From the NCBI GenBank assembly GCA_047495785.1, contig JBLDXI010000002.1:434001-498000 (forward strand): a DNA stretch of 64,000 nt, read 5' to 3'. A program made the translations under genes and the position numbers. The stretch is from Lepidodermella squamata (Eukaryota; Animalia; Gastrotricha). This document shows positions 26,901 to 37,492 of this stretch, piece after piece. The notes under the pieces were generated by a model. That model did no database searches. It worked only from the letters and a program-made list of their open reading frames with translations, and was not told the DNA's origin. Position 1 is the first letter of the stretch, and each line of letters begins with the position of its first letter.

Positions 26901-29636
26901 TATCTGTTTAGGAAAATAGAGAACGGACCTAAACCGTTTAGGATAACCAATCTGGTTAAAGATCATTAAAACTAAACGTTCTGCGTGCGAGACAGTTCGA
27001 GAACCGAGAGCAGCTGTTTGACCAGTTTGGTCAATTGTTTTGTGATTCGACTGATGCATGAATCGTGAAGCGAGACTTGATCGACGATCTCAGACGTTTG
27101 ATTTGTAAACGCATATCATCAGCAAAGTTGGGTCGTAGACTCAGGATGAGCGGGGTTATCGACATTTGAAAGATACACGCAATACACGCAGCTCTGTAGA
27201 CCAAGGGCGTTAACATTTCTGGCCCCGCCCCGTCGTAGAATACAATGAGCAGATGCATAACGAATAGCGGGATTTGAAATGTTACAAACAGCAGGAAAGA
27301 CCCGATAGACTGCTTCACGAAAAACATCTCCCGCCTACGCCAGTCATTTCGAATCTTCGAACTCAGATGAGTACTTCCCGTTGATTGGGTTAAGGTGAAT
27401 GGAGCCTCGTGAAGAGCTCGAAATTTTGAAAATATTACCCTAAAATTATCAAACGGTCATAGTTTAGTATTAAGGCACCTCTCTTACCAATAATTATACG
27501 TCATTCCATTGACTATGAAGGAGAGAAGTCCGGCAGCGTAGAGAAGCATGAGGAGGGCTGTATCTTGGTCGCCAAACAACTTGTAGTGGAAAAAGCCACA
27601 GTACGGCTGGGCTGTGCCATTTTTCAATCCGGGGATACTGATGTATTGCAGGTCGAAAGCGTTGAATGGATAAACGGTTAGGGTCAACCATAGAAGTGCG
27701 CTAAGTATAATGACGCATACAGTAACCAGCAAAATCTAAAAAATAGATGTCAGATCATTCTCACAGGATAAATTCAAACTTGCCCTTCCAGAGTTGAGCT
27801 TGGAATTAGGATTGTTTGATAGGATGCATTTTCGACGTTCGTAACTGACCAGGAACATGTCGAAGAGGCCGGTTGCCCCGAACAAATAGATTGAAAATGT
27901 AAGCCCGGCACAAGTGGTCTTTCCGGCCTCCCAAAAGCCAGTTTCCAAGGTGATTAAACGGCCGATGAAAAACGATAAGAAGAATAGGTTGTTACTGATC
28001 CCTAGAGCAGCTGTTAAGATTAGGAAGTCTCTTTTCACGCCTCTTTTATAGTACACAATCAAGTTGAACCCTGTTGTCAAGGCCATGAAAACCGTGAAGA
28101 ACCCGAGGATTGAGGCATAGCTTAGGCGACTGTTGTAGTCAGCTTCGAAGTCGTGGTAGACTCCGATGTAAAACGGCCTAGCCGAATCGAAACCGCGATC
28201 GGGCACGAAAGCTGTGATCCATAAACCTTGAGTTGAAGAGTTATTCATGATGAGTATCTCGGAATGGAAATATTCTGAGTTCAGATCACTTTTGCCTACT
28301 GTATTTATCTCTATTCCATAGTATGGACCTCCGGCATAGGACGTTGGCTTAAATCTCAGCTTTCCTATGTTAGCATGTTTTCCTGTTTCCGCTTTCCCAA
28401 TGCACGAAAGGTTCAGTAGAGCTTTTTTCACAAATGCTAATCTTCAAGACTGAAAGAAGCAATATCAAAGCAATATCATTAGGGCGGAAATTCGGATCAG
28501 ACTTTCATTATGTCTCTTGTCTGGGGTGAAATAGAACAAAACAAGGGTCGGAGAATCAGCGAATAATAAATAGGGAAATCGTTCAACAGCTAATCATTGA
28601 GTGTCAAAACTGCCCTAAACTCCAGGTCCTAATGCTCTTAGAGTCTGAAAAAGTCACAATATGACTAATCAAACAGGCGCCATGGAGGCGTGCATTGAGG
28701 CCCTGTTAGGTTTCAGCTTCACGCTTGGGATGTGAATACTTGATGGGTATTTTTTTAACGTAAGGGTAAGTGTTAGGGCTGGGGATGGCAATAGTTTCAT
28801 TGTTAGTGGTTGCGCTAATGATAATTTTGTGTTATAGTGAGAATTTCCCACTGAAATTTAGATGTTAAACGATTTTGATCAAAAGTGTTCGAAATGTTGA
28901 GGTATTCCTGTTTATCATTGCAGCGGTTCGAGCTAAGTCGCCAGAGCATCCGCGACACCTCGAAACTGCAAGTATCGAAAAGCGTGCCCGCAATCGTGAT
29001 AACAAAGCATGAAAAGTCCGAAACAGGTCAAAACCACGTCATCAGAACAGCGAGCGATTCAACAAATCGGCACAATCCAAATGCAAACTTGCCACCTATC
29101 GCCGGCCACGCTGCAGCTAACGAACGGTTGTCCGTAACTAGTTCATCTCACGGCCATCATTTACCGCTCGGAAAACGCGTTAGCAACCGTCAATCGGTCG
29201 ATAACCAACCTGGGGCTCATAGTAATAATAACAATACTGAAAAGCAGAAAACGTTAACGGCGAAGGAGAAAATTTTAGCTGAATTGATTGCCCAAAAATC
29301 GAAGACTTTAGCGTGTCCCATTCCGTTACCGCAGGGTAAAACTGATTTGTACCCGAGGCCTTGGGTTAACCCGAGAAAGTCTGGTACTTCAGAAGACCCG
29401 AATGTGACAATTATGGCTTTCAACTCTCGATATCGGCCTAATAAAGACTCGAGGACTGCTGCGATTGAACAGGTGAGAATTTTTTAATTCATTTTTTCTA
29501 ATTTTTTTAATAACCTTTTTTGCGACAGCTCTATCGCGCTAATCAATTTTCGTCGTTCAAGTTTTTGAAACGGGTTCACATCGCTATTGAAATGTCGCAA
29601 AGGAAAGTTCGGCAAGCTCTCGGCCAAGAAGTTTAA
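24000..29636 (+). CDS. ANKUB1: Ankyrin repeat and ubiquitin domain-containing protein 1, 925 aa; exons 24000-24045, 24155-24262, 24461-24599, 24651-24795, 24846-24971, 25023-25497, 25546-26627, 28924-29472, 29529-29636
   Basis: Recognised from remembered ANKUB1 blocks: IKLFIAYE, ubiquitin-like GLPVSMFRM, WKGWDEFL, KVALYMAAHYGHVEL, IGEHPFRQWC, CPVHVA...GQL.IL and the C-terminal helix R.AAI..L..A..F...FL..V.IA. All exon phases are compatible. Confidence 0.88.
27031..28248 (-). CDS. Divergent rhodopsin-like 7TM receptor nested in an ANKUB1 intron, 373 aa; exons 28248-27784, 27735-27488, 27439-27031
   Basis: Seven hydrophobic segments; W...K.TC before TM3; ERR at the DRY position; ECL2 Cys (PYCG); TM6 FQIP; TM7 ITPLIL. 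The first intron requires a GC donor. Confidence 0.8.
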
Positions 29637-30222
29637 CAATTTTTTGATGATTTTTTTAAATTATCTCTTATTTGATTATGAATTGATATGAAAATAAAAA
29701 TTAATTCTGACTTGATTAGTGTTATCTTTTTTAACCAAGGGCGTACAAGTCTGATACTGATAAAAAGCTCTAAACCACCGGAGGAAATTTCTTGATTGAA
29801 TAGCCTAGTAATTTTTCGAAAAAAACCGCGTCAAGTGAAACACAATTTTCGACTCGAAAATCTTTAAAATAGGGATATTGGACCTAGCTTAACGGTCTTA
29901 TTTTATTTGGGCCTGATAGCTGTTTTATATAGAGCTGAATTTTAACTGATTCTGGAGTTTCCAGATGAAATTCCAATTTTTTTTAGATATTATTAATTAA
30001 TTTTGAAAAATTCGGCATTTCTATGGAGTAACTCCTTATTTTGAGATCCTAATTGCGTTGATCCTAATTAATTATCCTAATACGATAATAAATGATTAAT
30101 TAATATTGAAAATAATTATACTATTTTTTTTTATTTCCTCTGGAAAATTTAGTATTTAAGTACTCTAAATTATTTTTAATTTTACCGAAGATATTTTATT
30201 ATAGTAGGTAATATTAATAAGA

Positions 30223-30986
30223 ATGGGAATGTTAGCTTCAATTATCGATTTCGATCACCGATTATCTCGAAAATTTGCGATCTGCGCCACCGAGAATTCT
30301 TCGTTTGTTTATTCAGTAAAATTCACTTTATTTTTTCAATTATTTCTATCATTATCGCAGTCACGCCCACTTTCGATGGCTGATGAAGGCTATAGAATGG
30401 TCACTTCACGAGCCTATTTTAGTACCAGTCCTATTAACCTTGATCGCCATAGCAATTCCTGTCAAAAATGGCCAAAGCCCCGGGAATTTCAACGCCTATT
30501 TAGCCCTATTAATCGGCGCGGTGTTCGACATGTTTCTGGTCAGTGTAATTAAACTAGTCATACAAAGAACTCGGCCCAATACCGCAAACCACGGCGACAT
30601 GCATATGGTAGCTTCGATTATCGACCAATACAGCTTCCCATCTGGCCGTGCCTCTCGAATTTCTGTCCTCTGCTGCTTGATTTACTACTATTTCCCTAGC
30701 AGTTTTCCATGGTATCCTTATCTGCTGGTTTCGCTAAGCATTTTCGTATGCCTATCTCGAGTGATGCTAGGTGCGATGTCGAGATAAATAATTATTCGCT
30801 TATCAAATTTGGTGTAATTTATTAGGTCGGCATTACCTGCTCGATGTGGTTAGTGGGGCGATGGCCGGTGCTGTGGCAGCTCTGTTCACTGTCTATTACT
30901 TGATGCCTGGATTCGAGAAAATGAATTCAGAGGCGATTTCATCGGATTTAAAACAACAAATAATGGCAGCTCTTCAAATTGTTTGA
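30223..30986 (+). CDS. PAP2-family lipid phosphatase A (PLPP6/7-like), 216 aa; exons 30223-30302, 30361-30770, 30826-30986
   Basis: C1 KLVIQRTRP, C2 DQYSFPSGR (His replaced by Arg), C3 SRVMLGRHYLLD. Confidence 0.88.
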
Positions 30987-31145
30987 ATGGATGATGAATC
31001 GCAAATATTGAGAATTTTTTGAAAATTCAATAAAACGAAAGATTCAAATAAGCTAATTCATTACTGGCTCCTTTATTGACCAATTGGCAAAAAAGAACAT
31101 TCTTTAAATAAATATTTCATTTTTATTTATTCTGATTTACCGCGA

Positions 31146-31435
31146 ACGTTGACGTCAAAGAGCTACTTTGGAATAGCCTGTCGGTTTTTATACTGAATGA
31201 AATTCAGAAAATTCACAATCGATCGAGTATAGGGTTGTCGTTCGAAAAAAATGAATGGGAAAAATGTGTACTCGCACTTCTGTAGCACGCGCACATAGCA
31301 TAGTGTGAGCGTAAAAAAATCTTCATTCATTTTCGCGAACAACGACCCTATACTCGATCGATTGGGAATTTTCTGAATTTTATTCCGGTATAAAAACCGA
31401 CAGGCTATTCCAAAGTAGCCCTTTGACGTCAACGT
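31146..31435. mobile_element. Palindromic MITE/foldback element (same family as 17365-17666)
   Basis: ACGTTGACGTCAAAG(A/G)GCTACTTTGGAATAGCCTGTCGGTTTTTATAC is inverted at the two ends; the arms extend about 100 bp. Confidence 0.85.
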
Positions 31436-32247
31436 GAGCAGTACAACATGACATCAACATTTTGACTTGGTGCGCGCACACAAGCCCCACTTTTTCTAGG
31501 GCGCAATTGAGCAATAATAAGGATCCGGATTTTTCCTGGTCAAGATCAATAATTAAAAATGTTAATACTTTCCCCGCTTACCAAATTTGACCGAAGGAGA
31601 AAACACATTTTAAAACAATGAAACACTCAAAAATGTCTTTCAGAAATTTCTGGTATTTTAAAAATTGCTTCAACCAAATCCAAATATCTCCAGTCGTAAT
31701 ATAAAAAATTATTTCAAAAATTGCACTTTTTATAGGCACCAGGTTTTGAAACTTGGTTCCGCTTGAAGATATTCTGAGTAAATAATTCAAATTTGATAAA
31801 TATTTACGGCAATATTTGAACATTTGAAGGGTCAAAAAAATAAGTGAACCCGATAAAGAGATTGTTTGGGACAATAATCAGCTGAATTAAGGTCGTTTAT
31901 CAACGCGGCACGTGAAGGTGGCGTGGCACGTATAGGTTATAATATAACGAATATTATTATAATCGCTCAAGCTGTTTCTTATCGCATCACCGAAAAGGCA
32001 GCCAGTCAATCATTCCACCGCCATGACTAAACAGTAATCGCTGTGAGTTGCTTATCATTTGTCTGGTTTGCTAGCAATATCTTTCGTAAATTGACACAAC
32101 GCCGTTTTCCCTCTCATTCCTCCACCTGTTGTTTGCTCTTAATTAAGCTGCTCCACAAGACGACATTTCGTCTATTTCGGATAAATTTCACCGTGTTCTA
32201 CTTTGTCATTTTTCACCGCCATTCTTGACTTCAATTTAGATCGAAAA

Positions 32248-33450
32248 ATGGTCGAAATTTTATCAAAAGCTGATACTTGGGTGACCCACAAATTGGCTGT
32301 GTGCGCCACAGAAACTTCAAAGTGAGAAATATTTTTTTTTTAATTTCGAAAAATTGAAAAATAATAATTGGCTAATTGCCAATTTCGTATAAATTTCCTA
32401 ATAATCAAAATATATAATTTTTACAGATTTGGCCATTTACGATGGGTAATGAAGGCTCTTGAGTGGACCGGGCATGAAATTGTCGTATTCCCGGCTGCTT
32501 TGTTCCTAATTACCGCCGCAGTGCCCGAACTTCACGACCCAGAATCGTTCAATCCTTACCGCGAATATATGCCGGAATTTTTCGCAATTTTAATCGGTCT
32601 ACTGCTAGACGTGTCGCTTGTCAGTTTAATCAAGGTCATTTTTAAACGACCTCGGCCGCAAATGAACCACATGGACATGCAATCGGCTTTCCCTGGCATT
32701 GATCAGTACAGTTTCCCTAGTGGCCACACGTCTCGAGTTACCTTCCTAGCAGCCCTGGCGATATGGCTGCATCATGATTATTTAGAAACTTACCCGAATT
32801 CTTGGCCGATTGTGGCGCTGATGATTTTTGTCGCCGTTATTGGGATATCTCGGGTCATTTTGGGTAATAATTTATTTTTTTTATAAGGAATCCAGGACAA
32901 AGCCCTGTTTTTTCAAAACTTTAAATTCATTTTTTCATTTTTGAAATTAAAATTTAAAATAATACCAGGTTAGGTTATTCCTGATTTTCTGGTAAATTTT
33001 GGGATTTTTCCCATTTTTACCTGATTTATGGAAATTTAAATTTTAAATAATGAAATGATGGTGTCCCAAAGCAACTGCTTGTGACATTTTTTGATAATTA
33101 AATTCGGTCACCTTGATTTCAAAAATTTTAAAAATTTCATAAAAATCATTAAATTATTTTCAATCAAAAATCATATTAAAATTAATTTTTTCAAAAATTT
33201 CAAAATTTTCAATTTTCAATTTTTAAATATATTTCGTTTTTTTTCAGGTCGCCATTACGCATCGGATATTCTAGGCGGAGTGTTACTCGGCATAGCGTTA
33301 ACCCAAATGGTAGTCCTCGGCCTAATCCCGCTCTTCAACCACTACCAGGCGCCGATCGAAACTGCCCTGTACCACATCAAACAGCTATTTCGCAGCGTCG
33401 CAATGTGGGCGAGCGTTCATTTCATGGGCGATATCGTCGAAAGCGCGTGA
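32248..33450 (+). CDS. PAP2-family lipid phosphatase B (PLPP6-like polyisoprenoid diphosphate phosphatase), 237 aa; exons 32248-32321, 32427-32863, 33248-33450
   Basis: ALEWTGH; C1 KVIFKRPRP; C2 DQYSFPSGHTSR; C3 SRVILGRHYASD. Same two intron positions as paralog A. Confidence 0.92.
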
Positions 33451-33814
33451 CGACGCAACGCGCGAACTTTAATCCGTTTTCATCATCTTAGGTTTTCATT
33501 CTAGTTATACCCAAGTTTCAGCGTTGCATTGAAAGAAGGGACGATCCTTATTGATAAATGACTCCCTGCACGATTCGCTTTCATTTTATTAGAGAACTCT
33601 TCTCGGTTAATCTGTGGATTGAAGATATTATTATTCAATGTCTTAATATTCATCGTTGGAAATAAACAGATAACACTTGGTTCAAGCGGGTTAATTTTAC
33701 AGCATTGCGCAATTATCCTAGGGCGCCCCTCACAAGGTGAGCGCACCTTAAATCTGGGTCACCACACAGGTGAAGCTTGATAGCCCTCATTCTAGTAATA
33801 TTTTATTGTTAAGA

Positions 33815-35923
33815 ATGGTAATTAAAGCTTTCTTTCTCACAATTTTGCTATTCGCTGGGGCCTCAAAAGCCAGGGTAATTTTTGAAATTTGTTGGCTGAA
33901 TTTTACTTTTTTGAAATTTAAGTTTAAGAAATGTTTAAAATTGTTGATGTTTTTTCAAGGAGGATTTTAGTTCTCAAAATCGCCTTAATGACGATTGCGA
34001 TCTTGACCCTCTGAAGGGCTTCGAGTACCAGGTCATCAATGGCTCAATCGACGCCAATGCATCTCAAGTTGTAGCTGGGACGCAAATTTCAGTGAAATGC
34101 ACTTTGAGCAACGGAACAATAACCGCTGTCTGCAAATTTAACTTCAACCTTCCTTACGATGGAGTCTGCTTTCCTCAAAGTAAATTTTATGTTTTATTTT
34201 AAATTTTATTTCTATTGATTCAAAATTACTGACCTGCGTGTCATTGTGAAACCACTTTATTGAACCCAATTTTTTCGAAAAATATTAAAAAAATGATAAT
34301 ATTTTTATTTTTTCCAAGGGAACATAACGCGATTCCCACAAAAGCCGAAACATTGCAGTCTAACAGCTCCATCCGTTGAAAATGGCAAGGTGGGAGTACC
34401 ACCAGGAATGGCGGTTGACGAAACTAGAATCGGGACTAAGCTAATTATTAGGTGCCTCAAAGGCTATAAACTGGTTGGAAATTTGGATGCGCAAATCGAA
34501 TGCAGCCGTAATGCCGAATGGATTGTACGCGCCTACTGCAAAACCGAACAAGAGGTGAGTACATGAGTGTGATTTTTTCATATTTCCGACTTGAAATCAA
34601 TTGATACTTGTTGCTTCTTAAAATGTATTAAAATTGCTGCAAAATTCGAAAATAATTTTCCTAAAATAATTTCAAGTTCAAATTTTTTGATATTATTTGA
34701 CAAATTTATATGAATTCATTTTTTATAAAATAAAGTGAAAAAAATAAAAAAACCCGCGAAACTTTGATTGAGGTCAGGTTAATTATACCTAATTGAACGC
34801 TAAAATATCGTGCAAATCACTGATTTTTAAAATCGATAACTGAATCGATATCGGCCGAAGTATACAACTAGAAATTTGATCTCTTATAGAGAGCAAAATG
34901 CTCGTAATGGTGAGATCATTAAGCTAGGCATTATAATGAAATATTAAAGCTGTAGGAAAATTGTAACATTCGAAAAATCCATATTTTAGGAAAAGTTTGG
35001 GCTGGAACCCTAAATTTAGAATGGCAAAGTTCGCTTTACTTTCTCTTTACTTTAGCTAATTTTTGGAATTTTTTAATTTTATTTCTCTATTGCTTTGTTA
35101 AATCGTTTCAGCAGCGTAGCTTTTTTATCAAGATTCCTTTCCTTGCTAATAAGCTTGATTCAATCTTGAATCTTATACGAAATCTCTGAATTTTCAACAG
35201 ATGAGGGAGTTGTTCACTAATATGGGAAAGGCTGCAACGCATGGTGACGCACAGAAGCTAGCCGAATACCTTGGAATGAACATCCTCAACATCAACTACA
35301 TCATCACCGGCACCATGGAACGGACGCAGCAATGCCCGCGACGCTTGACAGGCGCAACCGTGCTACACCGAACGATATCCTGCGGCCAACCCGCCTCAAT
35401 CATCCGAATTCTCATCCGTCACGGAGCTAGCTTAACGTTACGAGACAACGATGGCTGGAACGCAATGATGTTTGCAGCCGCTTTCGGAGATCGGGCTGTT
35501 ATCGGCGAAATCCACAACGCTAGCCGCCAGAATGGGGTTGATCTAGTCGAGACTCGTGACGCGTTAGGCCTTACCCCGTTAATGCACGCGGCTAGGCACG
35601 GCAACCTCGAGACAGCGAGATTTCTACTTGAAAATTCAGCCGATTTCGATGCTAGAGATAGCGAAGGCATGTCGCCGTTGTTGCTAGCCGCCCACTGGGG
35701 CCATGCGAATGTGGTGAGGTACTTGATTTCCGTGGGGGCGGAGCTTGGCTTCATCACTGCTTCTGGCTACTCGGCTCTGGATTTAGCGGCGATGAATGGG
35801 TATCTTTCTGTGGTGAAGGCTCTGGTCGAAGGCGGTATTCTAGAGGTCGTCCCAAGCTTGCCGAATCCTTCGCTGTATCCGGAAATCGGGTATTACCTGC
35901 AACAAGTGATGGCTAGAGGTTAA
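33815..35923 (+). CDS. Signal peptide + 2 sushi/CCP-like domains + ankyrin repeats, 412 aa; exons 33815-33874, 33960-34179, 34319-34554, 35201-35923
   Basis: Signal peptide MVIKAFFLTILLFAGASKA. CCP domain C...P.VENG...GTKLIIRCLKGYKLVG....IEC..NAEW....C. Consensus phase-0 donor GAG|gtgagt at 34555 and phase-0 acceptor ttttcaacag|ATG at 35200. The ankyrin exon has GLTPLMHAARHGN and GMSPLLLAAHWGH. Confidence 0.75.
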
Positions 35924-36495
35924 CACTCAATCAAATGCGCTATTGCATGTCTGTTTTAATCGGAATAAAATAACAACTTTCTCCGTGTTTACTGGTGCAT
36001 TCAAGTTCAATGTATCAAGCCAAACTGATGGATCTCACTTAGACACTCAGAGATTTGCGGGTTTACTTCATATCGATTCCAAGTATCGATTTCAAACATC
36101 AGTCATTTCATCGATATGAGCAGTTCAGAATTTACCCTGCGCCGCTAGATTGTTAGCTATTGGACGGATACATATTAGGTTCATATCCAAATCACAAATC
36201 AATTCGAGTCAAGAAAGGTATTTCTTCCATGTTACATGTTATCCAAGTTTCAGTTCATTCATCAATTGACGCGGGTCCATCGCGACCTGTAATCAGCTTT
36301 TCCTGCAGATTCGGCCCTAGAATCCAGTTCAAAAGTCACGTGACATATTCACTGCGCACTTGCATGTAAAATGTTCAGGATTGTTCGGGAATTCATGACA
36401 CCTTTCAGATTAGATTAAGAGAGATAAACCGACCAGGAGGCATATAATTCAGAAGAAGGACAGGCAATATTATACTAAGCATATTTTTAATAGTC

Positions 36496-37034
36496 ATGGA
36501 TGAACATAGGTCGTGCCAGGTAAAACGTGACGCTTAGAATTTCCAGTTAGTTTTGCATATCTAAAATTTTAGATTTGCCTCGCCCCGACGGATGGTGCGA
36601 TTCGATGCGGAGCCATCGCATGCGAAGCCTGTAAGCGGTTCTTTCTCAGAATACGCCGCATATCCCCAAATTCGATAAGACATGATGGATGCAACCTTAA
36701 GGCATCAACTATCAGTCGAAATGGCTCGTTTTACCGAAACAGCTGCCGGAAATGTCGCTTCGATCGCTGCATGGCCGCCGGCATGCAGATGGACCTCCAA
36801 GAATCTCGGAAGCATTCAAATGCCAAGAGAAATTCCCCATCCGAAAGTCCGATGCACGTTCAGTCGACGGAATCGGCAAAATTTGAAGATTTCGCACTAA
36901 AACTCGTCAATTCAGCCCAAAATTTGAGGCACTGCTTTGCAGATCTGCCGATGCGGCGGCTCAACTCTTCCACAGTCTTAGATGGGTCGGATTTTCAACG
37001 AATGTGGATGGTTTGCATTGTTTATGAATCGTAA
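36496..37034 (+). pseudogene. Truncated nuclear receptor (DBD + hinge only, 161 aa open frame); exons 36496-36519, 36573-37034; partial duplicate of 49372-50559
   Basis: MDEHRSCQ|ICLAPTDGAIRCGAIACEACKRFF is identical to the 49372 gene. Homology starts in the upstream region (~36280) and stops abruptly at ~37018, followed by a stop codon and AATAAA. It could be an expressed DBD-only gene. Confidence 0.75.
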
Positions 37035-37320
37035 TTCTTATGCCTCCGTAAAAAATGAAACATGGATACCGTGTGGTGCTGGTTTAATGCAATTGTGTAA
37101 TATACCAATAAAGAATTTACAATAAGAATTTAAACTCAGCATATAAAAGGATAGAAAAAACCTAACCCTTTAACACATAATATAACCATGCACTCATCTC
37201 TCATCATTCTCTGTTAGCGCGCAACGTACATTTCGTGTAATGGAGCCATTTCATCCTGTCCCATGTAGGAGCAGCTGGTCATCTACGGGCGAATAATAAT
37301 AATTGACGTCATCAGTTGCT

Positions 37321-37321
<1 letters not shown>

Positions 37322-37351
<30 letters not shown>
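37322..37351. repeat. C30 homopolymer (G-tract on the minus strand)
   Basis: 30 consecutive C residues read directly; the exact length is assembly-sensitive. Confidence 0.85.
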
Positions 37352-37492
37352 AGCTGTTCAGCTTTCAGTACAGTTTTTGGCGCTGGCGCCATGAAGAAGC
37401 CGATATCTACAGCCGCGATAGCTTGAATTTCTTCATTGTTCTCGCGATAAACTTGATTATTTCTCACTGTTAATTCATCTATTCGAAGCTAA

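Noticed and set aside
27736-27783. Stop-codon read-through joining the receptor ORFs in frame
   Set aside because: The TAG is the acceptor of a 48-nt GC-AG intron of typical size for this genome.
28249-28431. 61-aa N-terminal extension of the nested receptor ORF
   Set aside because: It starts at GTG; the first ATG (MNNSS, with N-glycosylation sequons) at 28248 is the plausible start.
28745-28790. TAAGGG/TTAGGG-like words
   Set aside because: Too few and too degenerate to call an interstitial telomeric repeat.
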